This document shows, piece by piece, positions 23,301 through 32,470 of a DNA stretch of 54,650 bases (positions are counted from its first letter, which is position 1; every line of letters starts with the position of its first letter). The notes below the pieces were generated by a model. It was not told where the DNA came from. It saw nothing but the letters and a program-made list of their open reading frames with translations, and made no database searches. Origin of the DNA: Acidithiobacillales bacterium SM1_46 (GTDB lineage: Bacteria; Pseudomonadota; Gammaproteobacteria; Acidiferrobacterales; Sulfurifustaceae). Made by a program: the position numbers and the translations under genes. The DNA is taken from positions 1 through 54,650 of the forward strand of contig LJVB01000001.1 of NCBI GenBank assembly GCA_001304215.1, read 5' to 3'.

Positions 23301-24851
23301 CGAGAAGATGACGCGCCCCGGCATATCGTTGAGCGCCGCAGTGCCATCGACCTCGAGCTCGATCTCGGCTGCTCGCTGATAAGCCGCACCATCCCAACCC
23401 GTTGCCGTAATCCACAACAGCGATTGACCGTCAGTGACCAGCGCATGAGTCGCGTCGTCACTGTTCGATCGAGCCGAAACGATGACAGGAGCAATCGTCG
23501 TCGAATGCCGGTGCAGGATAAACTGCGCGAGATTGGTGCCACCAAGATCCGAGACCTTGGCTGAGCCCAGGTAATTGACACCGTCGATCGAGATGCCGGT
23601 CGATTCTGTTCCTGGGTCTCCGGCAATAAGGCGCGTGACAATCAGCGGATCACCGAAGGCTTGACCACCTACCACATAGTCATTGCCATCATCGTCGGTG
23701 AACATGAGCGTATTCGGCACATCATTCCGAACCCACACCTGACCGAAACCCGCTTGATCTGCCGGTGCTGCCGCTTTCTCGAGCATCCTGAAATTGGGCT
23801 CGCGCAGCGTGAAGTAATCGAGACCGACGCCATTGACCTGCAGGTTTGTGCGGCCAGTCGTGCCGAGAATGGCCGACCCAAGATCGTCACTATTCAGGTA
23901 GATCGACTGAGTGCCATCGTTCACTGACATGAAGTTGTCGTGAACGATGAGACCGCCAAGCGATAGCGACATGCGTCTCGCGCTGGCGACGGTCCATGCA
24001 ATCATGTTCGGCTGGTGCCGATACATGCCCATGCCTTCCTCGCCATCGAAACCTATGCCGGCCTGCGATGAGCTGCCATCTGGAATGATGACTGCGGTTG
24101 CTGGCTGCAAGCGGAGGTAGCCGAGAGACGCAGAGATTATTCCGTCAGTGTCATTGTGTGACATCTGAATGGACTCGGCGCCAGTGCTATTGAAGCCGAC
24201 GAAGATGCCGTTTTGCTGCGCTGTGACGTTGCCGGCTACGCGCACATCGTTCGAGAAGAAATACTCAGTGGCAGCACCAAGGAACTGAATACCTGACGCA
24301 GCACCAGACACCGTGAAGTTGATCGGATTGGTGGTCGCCTCCATCGTCAGAGTGCGACCAGTGCCCTCGGTGAGAATCAGCGCCGAGCCATTTGTGATCT
24401 GAATAGGATTGGTGGTCGTGTTGCCAACATCCGTAACTGTCTGCAGATCGGCGGCAGCCGGATTGTCAGGATCGAAATAGAAATCGAGCAGGACTGGCGT
24501 CGAGCCAACAACGATCGGATCCGTGGCCGGCGACGAGACACGGTACATGACCGGCACACCCGAGCTGCGCTCAGCCGTGACCAGTGTGTTCAGGGTGATG
24601 TCGCGAGAGCCATCCCAATCCGGCGCACGACTCCATGCGCTCGAGGTGTTGACCTCCCATATGCCGTTCTCGACAGGATTGGTCTGCGCCGTGAGCAGGA
24701 CGCGGTCGCCGTCATTGAAGTTGTAGAAATCGAGAAACAGCGGGCCGCTCAGGCTGGCGATGTTGGTCGTCGCCGCGCGCTTGCATGGCACCTTGATCGC
24801 CTTGCTGGCGATGATCCCGTTGAACCTATCCGTGGAGTTGCTGACTGCCAT
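20361..24851 (-). CDS. giant tail fibre / receptor-binding protein (1496 aa)
   Basis: Its N-terminal approx. 100 aa are a paralog of 42529..43626. It has five copies of a GQ(V/L)WVRNDTPN(T/S)LMFTDDAGND-type module and two copies of GGGTTNFLRADGTWAAP. Confidence 0.8.
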   Translation of the reverse strand: MAVSNSTDRFNGIIASKAIKVPCKRAATTNIASLSGPLFLDFYNFNDGDRVLLTAQTNPVENGIWEVNTSSAWSRAPDWDGSRDITLNTLVTAERSSGVPVMYRVSSPATDPIVVGSTPVLLDFYFDPDNPAAADLQTVTDVGNTTTNPIQITNGSALILTEGTGRTLTMEATTNPINFTVSGAASGIQFLGAATEYFFSNDVRVAGNVTAQQNGIFVGFNSTGAESIQMSHNDTDGIISASLGYLRLQPATAVIIPDGSSSQAGIGFDGEEGMGMYRHQPNMIAWTVASARRMSLSLGGLIVHDNFMSVNDGTQSIYLNSDDLGSAILGTTGRTNLQVNGVGLDYFTLREPNFRMLEKAAAPADQAGFGQVWVRNDVPNTLMFTDDDGNDYVVGGQAFGDPLIVTRLIAGDPGTESTGISIDGVNYLGSAKVSDLGGTNLAQFILHRHSTTIAPVIVSARSNSDDATHALVTDGQSLLWITATGWDGAAYQRAAEIELEVDGTAALNDMPGRVIFSTTPAGAKVPVERMRISSEGSLYLSEIAAADTDIVGKGQLWVNSADAGLLYFTDEAGNDYSLTAGGGGGFDSFNYVYDSTTTINDPGPGNIRFNNAGGPGSSQQFAIDTTDSDGTDLYQWMLDCWGPTNGAVNGILFRIVKADDPTVYAYGSINETATISAGYVAAYINWTETNGTFTNGDACKVQITPQPYVAPPTTAFGIYVGREDIGGQPLNGVLQSSLITHPLNVGTATLNFIQGGTYSITMNAGSVTTSGAAICRHNASNRHEWYGSGNILPRLQVTETSVVIGHGNDAGNGAPQLYLRERTSLTAPGTGWGGLAVLNSTPNQLWFIDDANNTYNLTNPGAAATVISAGWSTGSGGSFTVGANAPFFYTEQAANDTPAAGQGQVWVRNDTPNTLMFTDDAGGDHPLSIIFTSTENGLAPASGGGTTNFLRADGTWAAPPGGGITQLTGDVTAGPGSGSQAATIANDAVTYAKMQNVVGNNVLLGNNAGAGGIVDELTGTEVTALLDQFTTTLQGLVPGSGGGTTNFLRADGTWAAPAAGGSIGGSITDNQIAVGAAAANDIEGSANFTYDGTTLAIATGILPSAPAIEVSNTRPVIVLDESDATADNGRWYLHASAETFEIVAINDANTVSDPAITINRTGAAIDNLIFGAPLQAPTGSAAAPGIVFSSATTTGFYNVTTNTIGFAGGGVALWQANNNAMTFLTGKDLIMEDNSEIQLGTAGADGRIYSDGTNVIIQHLVGGGDILLNTATSGLVAIQEGGSTKFEVNHGSDRVIINDYTLYLEERAAAQGDTAAYGQLWVRNDTPNSLMFTDDAGNDIVLASQGNPAGIQGDFNTGSLTLTGTTFAGALNLGLPVSSTFMLYIVFDCQAPSADDVKIQFATNAGTVVNGMVTESNTNTSQPIWATAAQVVTNSVVIPTNGGANSQGSGTYVTIMALVKTDANPHTFSLRAAKNGTSGGNGFFRIHAGMMAIQIP

Positions 24852-24853
24852 GT

Positions 24854-27800
24854 TTAATCATCCTTGGGGCCTGTAATGTACTCCAATAGCTCCGTGTCGT
24901 CCTCGTCCCAAATTGCATCGAGCACCCGATTGGTCTGCGATGACGGCAAGTGAGTGGCCGTGCCAACCGCATTGACCAGGGCCTTGCGCAGAGCCTCGTC
25001 GGCCTCACCCTGCTCGGCCTGCACCCACACGTTGAACAGATCCTTGGCGAATGCACCGATTGGAGTGCTGCCGCTGCCATACCGCTGACTCGGGATCTCG
25101 CGCACGAACGGGATGCCGCTGACTATCGAGTCTGCCGTGGCGGCCGCCGTCCATTTCGCCCACCGCTTGAGCTCGTCGCCCTCGTCATCCTCCTCCGGCA
25201 GCCTGCCGTAGAGCAGATAGCTGGCAATGCCCTCAACCGTGAACAGCAAGATCATGTCCATCGACCAGTACAAGATCTGCGACGGCTTCCTGAAATTCGT
25301 GTTCTTAGTTTTCTCGTAGGCGATGTTGCCCTTGGCCAGCATGTAGCCAATGAGCGTCGTCCAGATTCGGATGTACTCAGCCTGCCGCGTGTTCTCGCTC
25401 AGGGTGCCGCGCTCGATGTTCGAGCGATCCGTGAAAAAGCCGGAAGTCTGCGCGCCCTCGACGGCCGCATCAGCCATGAGCACTGACTGCTGGTGATTCT
25501 CGCCATCGACATTGCGCGCTTTCTCGTAAGCACCGAGCCACGTAATGACATCGACCACCTTCTGCGCGTACTTGATCGGCAGGAATAGACCGTAGCTGAT
25601 CCGCGTCATGGTCTCCTTGGCGATCGTCGGGGCTGCCCCGAACCACGCATTGAGGTGCGCATCGACGTCCTGCACATCCTTGTGCCATGCGCCTACATCG
25701 TAGCGAGTCCGAATGAAGTCACTGCTCTCGCTGACGTAGTTCCACCATTTCGCGGGGTTCTGCATGAATTTGCCGACACCCATCATCATGCCCTTGGTGC
25801 CGACAAACGCGATCGACTGGAAAAAGCCGGTCCACTGCAGCGCCGTGACGAGCAGGTTCAGGCCAAGCCGTGACTTGGTGAAGCCGCCACGGATCCACCG
25901 CGCGCCCTTCTGGTAGATATTCTGCGCCGGCATCTCACCCACGGCTGCATCAGTCAGCCACAGGTTCAGCGACTTGAGCGCCTCATTGTTGCCGGTGCGT
26001 TTCATCGCGGAGCGGAACCTGCGGTCATTCAGGATCCGCTTGACGAAATTGACCTCATCGCCGATTGCGATGTCGCGAATGATCTCGCGCAAGTGGATGT
26101 CGATGACATTGAGATCGAGCCTGACAACAAGACCTTGCTGGCGTGTGCGCTCGTGCGTAGCGCCGGCACGAGTGCTCGCTGACACGTAGACGCCAGTGCC
26201 GAGCTTCTTGTAGATGTCCTCGAGGCTGTCCTGTTTGACGCGATCCGACAGCTCGTGATCGTACATCAGCGGGTAGTAGCCGCCGCGCACAGTGATCTGT
26301 TTGCCATCGGCGGTGCGTATCTGAAACGGCTGACCCTCGACCTTTGATGGCGCAATGCCACGCCGGCGCTGCTCGGCCTCGCTGAGATCCTTCCAGTAGG
26401 TGTCGATGTAATCCCACACATCCTGCACGAATGCCCAATCCTTCTCGCTGAGCTGCGCGAGAAGCTGGCGCGCTACAGGCTCGGGATACGCAAGCTGACC
26501 GTTGTCGAGTACGCCGCCCAGGAGCGCGCGGCGATTGCCCTCGTTGCCCCAATTGAGCGCCACCGCGATTGCATCAGCCTTGCTGTAAGTGACGCCCTGC
26601 GACTCGATCGTGATGTTTTTCTTGTGGAGCTTGGCGAGATCCTTGGTGCTGTAGTGCTTGAGGTAGATCCCTGACACATCCTCCTGCGCCTTGTGCAGCG
26701 CCGGAATCAATCGCTCGGAGTAGGCCCGCCTGAGCGGCACGATGATGTAGCGCGACACGGCCCCAAAGCCAGCCTTGTCGAGCACCCTCGCGATCGAGCT
26801 CGGCCGCAACCAGTTGGTGATCGCCTGATCCTTCGCCTTGACGACGCCCTGTTTCTTGGTCTTGTGGCCACCGTGCAGCGCGATCTCGGTATTGTTCTCG
26901 AGCACCGATGCCTCGAGCTCCACAGCCACATCATCGAGATTCAGCGTCTCGCCGTTGACGAGGTAATTGTTCATCTCGGCCTGCTTGGCCATGTGCTCAA
27001 GCTGCTTGACGACATCCCGCAGGCCGCGCATCTCCTCGACCGTGAGCTGCTGCCAGTTGACCGTCTCATCGACAATCTTCGCCAGCGTCTCCGGCGTCAC
27101 GATCATGCGACCGTCCTCGACCATGTCGCGGAGATCCTTGAGACGCTCCTCGCGATCGACCTGAGACAGCGACTTCTTGCGCAGATCTACGCCCTCGAGG
27201 ACCGCGTCGATCTGATCGAGGAAACCAGCCTTGCCCATCTGCTGCCGCTTGCGAGGCTTCTCGAATTTCGCGAGATAGTTCCGCGCCTTGGTCATCTCGG
27301 CCTCGGCGCGCACGGCTGCACGATACATCTCGTGATTGATGATCTGCTGCCGCTTGAAGTTGTAGGCCGCCTCCCAATCCTTGCGGGTCGCTGCCTCGAA
27401 TGCCTGCCGTGCCGCCTTGCGCTCGGCTGCGAGGTAGATATGCGGCTTCACCTCACGCACACGACGCCGGCCTATGGCTTCCTTGGCGCCGGCCTTGATC
27501 GCTGCCAGCTCGGCCCGCTTCGGCAGGATGCCACGGTTCGCCGCCTTGGCCTGACGCTCCTCGCGGGCAATACGGCGCTCGGTAGCCCTCACAATGCCCC
27601 TGTCGCGACGCTGCAGGGCCCGTAGCTGCCGCAGCTCGGTCATCAGTACATTCGCCCTGCGCTCGTTGTGGACCGCCTTGAGGGCCGTCTCAGACAGTGT
27701 GCCGTCATGCAGCGGGTCGGGATACCGCTGCCGCATACGGACATCGGTCTCAGCCTCGATCCAATCGGTCATCTTCGGAGCACTGGCCAGCTCGTTCATC

Positions 27801-30800
27801 ATGGCGTGAGCATCCCGGTAGCCGAAGATCCTGGCCGCCTCATTCACATCGACGCCACCCTTGGCCGCGTACACCCACGGCCTCGGGAGCTGGTTGAGAA
27901 ACGTCTGGTCAGGGCCGAGCAGATCGAGCAGCGATTGCTTGTTGATCTTGAACGGCGACATCGTCGGCGCACTGCCATCCGGCTGCGTCCCGCGCTGCAG
28001 CATAAACAGCGCCTTGTAGACGCGCATCTCGTGAGCTTCGGTCTCGACCTCGGCGCGCACCTTTTCGCGCTCGTGCTTCCACCATGCCATCGACTCACGC
28101 TTGAGCGCCTGCAGCACCGTCTGGTGTTCCTTCTCGACGCCCTCGTTGTGGGCGCGCACCAGCTCATTGCGATACACCGCGTAGGCTTCCGGCGACATGC
28201 CGGACTCCTCCTGCGTCATAAACAGCGAGGCGTACTCTTGATGATTCTCGGCGATCGCGATTTCCTCATCGCTCGCCAGCATCCGGTCCATGACGCCACG
28301 GATCTCCGGCGTGAGTACCTGCGCCTTGGGGCCGCCGCGAATGGTGCGGTACACGTTGAGCAGCCATGAGCGGAATGCGTTGAAGGCATCCCGCAGCTTG
28401 ATGCTCGGTGCCTTGCCCTCCATCGTGTAAGCCTCGAATGACTCGGCCCACTTCTCATGGTGCTCGCGCGTGATCTCGTGATAGCTGTCAACGCCGAGAT
28501 AATCGAGGATCGTCTGCCAGTCATCCTTGATCTGCTGCGGCGAGTCAGCCCTCGACGCCAGCGATCCCATGATCTCGAGATAGAGATGGCCGGCCTCGTG
28601 AATGAACGTCGATAGGTTGTGCGACTCGTAGAGACGGATGACACCCTGGCGGGCATTGTTGAACGTGATCGAGCCGCGCTTGCCCTGAAAGAGCTGCTGA
28701 CCGTTCATTACGTTGTTGCGGATCTTGTTGGTCAGATCCATGACATGAACGATCTCTTGCTCGCCGTTGTACTCGTCGAGCTTCGCCTGAGCGACGTCAC
28801 TGGTATCGAACGGACCAGCGCGCCGGCGGCCGTCACGATCGAGGATGTAATACTGCGGCACCTTGGTCGTGGTCCGAGACCACTGGCCATTCGTGTTCTT
28901 GTAGCGCGCGTGATCCAAGACCGTGTCGAGCCGGAATGGCTCGCCATCCTTGGTGCGTACCTGCTGGCCGTTGAGTCGCACTTTCGCGTCGCGGTCGAGC
29001 TTCTTGACAATCTTGCGGAGCTGCTGCGGCACCGTCTTGTCGTAGAAGTTGCGCATCGGCCAGCCCTTGACCTGCATATCATCGCCGGTCAGCGTCACAG
29101 GATACTGGTAGTTGAAGTGATGCTCGGCCTCACGCATGGCCTTATCTTTGTCAGCGAACACCATCAGATCGTGCATGGCTTGGTTGCGCTGAATCGTGTC
29201 GCCGTGCTGCACAACGACATAGGCATCGAGGAACGGCCGTGCCGGATCACCCCATAGCTGCTGCCCAATATCAGCCGCCGCCGGCTCACCCTTATCCATC
29301 TCGGGGAAGCGAATCATGCCGCCGGTCTGCTCGAGGTATTCCCGGCCGGTCATTACCTGAATGGTGCCGCGCTCGAGATTGTTCTCGAAACGCTTGCGCT
29401 GCTCGGTTTCAAGCATCTGAGCCATCTCGGATCCGACATACGTTGCCAGCTTGGCGCGCGGCACCGTCTCCGAGAAGTTGAGCCCTATGCGTCCCTCGCT
29501 GTCCTTCGAGTAGACCTTGAGCTCCTCTTTGACCCAGTTGTACTGCACCTCGTCGGCGTAGGTAGCCAGCGAATTGCGAATGACCTGAGTCTCGCCAGTC
29601 GTCCATGCGACCTGATCGTAGCCTTGCTCGGCTGCCAGCCTGACCATGCGTTTCAGAACGAGATCGACCCACTTGTTGTTCTTGAATGGCGCATCAGGCA
29701 CGGCGTCGATCTGCGCATCGACCATCTCCTTGTGCTTGCCGTGAATGAGTCGCTGCAGGTAGACCTCAGCCTCGAACTGGTCAGCGACCGCACCTTTGCC
29801 GACTGACATCTTGCTCGGCTGGCCGCTTTGATTCGTGCCGTAATAGATCTGCTCACCAGTCTTGGGGTCCAGGGCGATCCACTGAAACTCATCCTGACCG
29901 ACGACGAAATTCGGCGCCGGCGGGATGCCCTCACGGTAGCCACGCTTGCGACCGCGCTGGTGGAGATCCGATTGAATCTCCTCGATGAACAGGATCTTCT
30001 CGCCGTTCGGGCCGATGCGGTCCTTGACCCTCGCCCATCCCATGATGTTCGGATAGTCGAAGTGGCTGAAATCGTAATTCTGCTGCATCCCGACCGGATT
30101 CACTTCCGCGTCGGTCATTGAGTATTCGCGCTTGAACTCGAACCGCAGACCGTAGTCGCCCATTGCCCGCATGAACCAATCGACGTCCTTCTCGAGCAGG
30201 CCATTGAACATCCATCGCTCGTAGCCGTCGCTGGCCTCAACCAGTCGCATCTCGATCTTGCGGCTCAGCGCCTTTTGCACGACTGCATTACGCAGCTCGG
30301 CTGATCCCATGCCGGCGCCCTTGAATTCGCCGGTGTAGAGAATCTGCGCTTCCTGCACCTCGGGCAGCTTGAGGATGATCTCGCGATAGTTACGACCGCC
30401 GCCGAGCGTCTGGTCCTCGTTGATTGAAGCCGGCGCATCGAATGTGCCGGCAGGATCGAGACCGAGGTAATGCTTCTCGATGGCGGCCATCGCATCGTCG
30501 AAGTCTTGCTTGTTGATCGGTGCGTCGATCGGCAGAAACTCGCCATCCTGCTCATTGCGAACCGCGACGTTGCCGGCGTCGTGATCGACCAGCACCTCAA
30601 AAACGTGGCCAGTCTCGCGCTCGGTTACATCCCATATCTCGATGCGACCGTCCATGACGTCATCGAAATCGACCTCCCATTTCTCAGCCGCGAAATCGTA
30701 TGGTGCCGGCTGCGCATCAAGGCTCGGCTGAATCTGCTGACCACCGCCCTGCTGAATTTCCTCAACGACAACGCCATTGGCGCGCACGTAATCGAGCAGC

Positions 30801-31666
30801 TCCTCGCGCGTGACGTTCTCCATGAGATCGAGGTACTCGGGGATCTGCAGCCAAGTGATCTCATCGGCCGTGACTCCCGGTTGCTTCTGCAACCAGCCCA
30901 GGACCGTCTTTGCGTCACCCTTCGGCATCGGCATGGTGCGCACCGCTACCTCGACGGCCGAGTAAAAACCGAGATCCGTGGACTGGTAAAACTGGTTCGG
31001 CCGCTGGCCGGTCATCTCGTCGATCTGATCGACCAGCGCCGCCTCCTGCGGACGCAGCTCGCGCAGTCGATCCCTGATCTTCCGCTGCTGCTCCTCCATC
31101 TTGCGGAAGTTGTTGAACAGCTCGCGCGGGCTATTGCCACGGAGCAGGCCGCCGGCCATCTGCCCCTTTGTCCACATATCGGGATTGGCGAACAGCATGG
31201 CGCTCAGGCGATTCTGCAGCGCGAGATCATCGTTGAGATCTACCGGAGGATCCATGCCCTCGAACGGGCCGGCACCGACGATCGGCGCGCCTCGCTCGGT
31301 ATCAGGATTCAGCGGCGTCCAGTGCTTCACCGTGTCCTTGATCCACTGAATATCGCCGTACTGAATGTCGAGCTCGCGGGACTCCTTTTGCACGGCAGCG
31401 AGATCTTTGCGCAATTGCTTGAGCTGGCCCTCCCGGTACTCGCGGATCTCGCCCAGGACATCAGGACGCTTGCGGATCTCGGCACCGCGATCGCGCGCAC
31501 GACTGGCGATGTCAACGACATCGAACTCAGCCATTGCCAGCATCCGATTGACGGCCTGCGTATCGCTTAGGCCGTCGCGGACCCACTGCTCGAGCAACCG
31601 CTTGTCGCGGTCACTGACCTTGTAGCCAGCCGCCTCGAGTTTGCGTATGCAGTCCCTAACCGCCAT
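24854..31666 (-). CDS. 2270-aa virion-module multidomain (polyvalent-type) protein with a zincin HExxH motif and a C-terminal multi-TM region
   Basis: FIHEAGHLYLE (nt 28586..28600), FIEEIQSDLHQRG (about nt 29957..29990), long charged helical regions, and at least four hydrophobic helices in the last approx. 350 aa. Confidence 0.75.
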   Translation of the reverse strand: MAVRDCIRKLEAAGYKVSDRDKRLLEQWVRDGLSDTQAVNRMLAMAEFDVVDIASRARDRGAEIRKRPDVLGEIREYREGQLKQLRKDLAAVQKESRELDIQYGDIQWIKDTVKHWTPLNPDTERGAPIVGAGPFEGMDPPVDLNDDLALQNRLSAMLFANPDMWTKGQMAGGLLRGNSPRELFNNFRKMEEQQRKIRDRLRELRPQEAALVDQIDEMTGQRPNQFYQSTDLGFYSAVEVAVRTMPMPKGDAKTVLGWLQKQPGVTADEITWLQIPEYLDLMENVTREELLDYVRANGVVVEEIQQGGGQQIQPSLDAQPAPYDFAAEKWEVDFDDVMDGRIEIWDVTERETGHVFEVLVDHDAGNVAVRNEQDGEFLPIDAPINKQDFDDAMAAIEKHYLGLDPAGTFDAPASINEDQTLGGGRNYREIILKLPEVQEAQILYTGEFKGAGMGSAELRNAVVQKALSRKIEMRLVEASDGYERWMFNGLLEKDVDWFMRAMGDYGLRFEFKREYSMTDAEVNPVGMQQNYDFSHFDYPNIMGWARVKDRIGPNGEKILFIEEIQSDLHQRGRKRGYREGIPPAPNFVVGQDEFQWIALDPKTGEQIYYGTNQSGQPSKMSVGKGAVADQFEAEVYLQRLIHGKHKEMVDAQIDAVPDAPFKNNKWVDLVLKRMVRLAAEQGYDQVAWTTGETQVIRNSLATYADEVQYNWVKEELKVYSKDSEGRIGLNFSETVPRAKLATYVGSEMAQMLETEQRKRFENNLERGTIQVMTGREYLEQTGGMIRFPEMDKGEPAAADIGQQLWGDPARPFLDAYVVVQHGDTIQRNQAMHDLMVFADKDKAMREAEHHFNYQYPVTLTGDDMQVKGWPMRNFYDKTVPQQLRKIVKKLDRDAKVRLNGQQVRTKDGEPFRLDTVLDHARYKNTNGQWSRTTTKVPQYYILDRDGRRRAGPFDTSDVAQAKLDEYNGEQEIVHVMDLTNKIRNNVMNGQQLFQGKRGSITFNNARQGVIRLYESHNLSTFIHEAGHLYLEIMGSLASRADSPQQIKDDWQTILDYLGVDSYHEITREHHEKWAESFEAYTMEGKAPSIKLRDAFNAFRSWLLNVYRTIRGGPKAQVLTPEIRGVMDRMLASDEEIAIAENHQEYASLFMTQEESGMSPEAYAVYRNELVRAHNEGVEKEHQTVLQALKRESMAWWKHEREKVRAEVETEAHEMRVYKALFMLQRGTQPDGSAPTMSPFKINKQSLLDLLGPDQTFLNQLPRPWVYAAKGGVDVNEAARIFGYRDAHAMMNELASAPKMTDWIEAETDVRMRQRYPDPLHDGTLSETALKAVHNERRANVLMTELRQLRALQRRDRGIVRATERRIAREERQAKAANRGILPKRAELAAIKAGAKEAIGRRRVREVKPHIYLAAERKAARQAFEAATRKDWEAAYNFKRQQIINHEMYRAAVRAEAEMTKARNYLAKFEKPRKRQQMGKAGFLDQIDAVLEGVDLRKKSLSQVDREERLKDLRDMVEDGRMIVTPETLAKIVDETVNWQQLTVEEMRGLRDVVKQLEHMAKQAEMNNYLVNGETLNLDDVAVELEASVLENNTEIALHGGHKTKKQGVVKAKDQAITNWLRPSSIARVLDKAGFGAVSRYIIVPLRRAYSERLIPALHKAQEDVSGIYLKHYSTKDLAKLHKKNITIESQGVTYSKADAIAVALNWGNEGNRRALLGGVLDNGQLAYPEPVARQLLAQLSEKDWAFVQDVWDYIDTYWKDLSEAEQRRRGIAPSKVEGQPFQIRTADGKQITVRGGYYPLMYDHELSDRVKQDSLEDIYKKLGTGVYVSASTRAGATHERTRQQGLVVRLDLNVIDIHLREIIRDIAIGDEVNFVKRILNDRRFRSAMKRTGNNEALKSLNLWLTDAAVGEMPAQNIYQKGARWIRGGFTKSRLGLNLLVTALQWTGFFQSIAFVGTKGMMMGVGKFMQNPAKWWNYVSESSDFIRTRYDVGAWHKDVQDVDAHLNAWFGAAPTIAKETMTRISYGLFLPIKYAQKVVDVITWLGAYEKARNVDGENHQQSVLMADAAVEGAQTSGFFTDRSNIERGTLSENTRQAEYIRIWTTLIGYMLAKGNIAYEKTKNTNFRKPSQILYWSMDMILLFTVEGIASYLLYGRLPEEDDEGDELKRWAKWTAAATADSIVSGIPFVREIPSQRYGSGSTPIGAFAKDLFNVWVQAEQGEADEALRKALVNAVGTATHLPSSQTNRVLDAIWDEDDTELLEYITGPKDD

Positions 31667-31886
31667 CGTTGTCCTTCACATCAAGGAACGCCGTCACCAG
31701 TGCGATGAGCAGCTCGTCCTCTTGCAATATACGCCTATGCCTGAGCTGCTCAGCCTCCCCCATCCCCGGCGGGTAGGTAGGCTCAGGCGTGATCGGCGGC
31801 ACCGGCGGCGTGACACCAGTCCTGCCGAAGTGGCTCGACAGGTAGTGGCTTGCACCGTAATGAGAGCTTTCATAGTGGCTACTCAT
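31656..31886 (-). CDS. small protein with an N-terminal SHY repeat (76 aa)
   Basis: MSSHYESSHYGASHYLSSHFG followed by a Pro-rich linker. ATGA overlap upstream and an 11-nt overlap with the giant gene. Confidence 0.6.
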   Translation of the reverse strand: MSSHYESSHYGASHYLSSHFGRTGVTPPVPPITPEPTYPPGMGEAEQLRHRRILQEDELLIALVTAFLDVKDNDGG

Positions 31887-32470
31887 GTGCCGTCCGTGTT
31901 GGTGATGTCACGGCCACCGTTGACCGCGTCATCGCCCTCGATTCGATTCTTGCTGTCAGCGGCATCCCTGATCGCATAGCTGCCGTCACCAGCCTGTACC
32001 ACGCGGCCGGCGGCATCAGCACGAATCAGCCTCATCTGCTCAGCGAACGTCTCGTTGTTCTCGATGACGTAGTTGAAGATGTTGGCGATGTCCGCATCAG
32101 AGATCCGACCCTCAATCAAGCCGCCGGAATTCTGCGACAGGATGCGCACCTGATTCGAGGCTGCGACATCGAGGATGTTGTTGTTGGTGCCCTGCAGGGC
32201 GACACCGTACTGACCGTCCTCAAACCTGACGAAATACGGCGGGATAATCAGGAACGCCTGAGCGTAGGTGAAGCCGGAAATCGTGTAGGACGGAAAGTTT
32301 TGCTGCGTGTCAGGCCACGGAATTCCATCGACCGACTTTTCCCAATCCTTGAGATCTCGCCAGAACTGCACTGTGTCGAGCTGCCGAACCTCCGGCGATG
32401 CCTGAATGATCGGCATGTCCGCGCGAGGAACGAAGATCTCGCCGGTGATCGGATCGACACTGATAGCCAT
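31883..32470 (-). CDS. hypothetical virion-module protein (195 aa)
   Basis: ORF track; coupled to its neighbours. Confidence 0.65.
   Translation of the reverse strand: MAISVDPITGEIFVPRADMPIIQASPEVRQLDTVQFWRDLKDWEKSVDGIPWPDTQQNFPSYTISGFTYAQAFLIIPPYFVRFEDGQYGVALQGTNNNILDVAASNQVRILSQNSGGLIEGRISDADIANIFNYVIENNETFAEQMRLIRADAAGRVVQAGDGSYAIRDAADSKNRIEGDDAVNGGRDITNTDGT

Noticed and set aside
26693-27625. Long plus-strand ORFs antisense to the 2270-aa gene (also 27668..28369, 28619..29257 and 30470..31570) and to other late genes (34691..35653, 36092..36775, 50627..51328)
   Set aside because: They are Arg/Leu/His/Asp/Pro-rich shadow frames typical of GC-rich DNA. They have no RBS or coupling and lie fully inside well-supported minus-strand genes.
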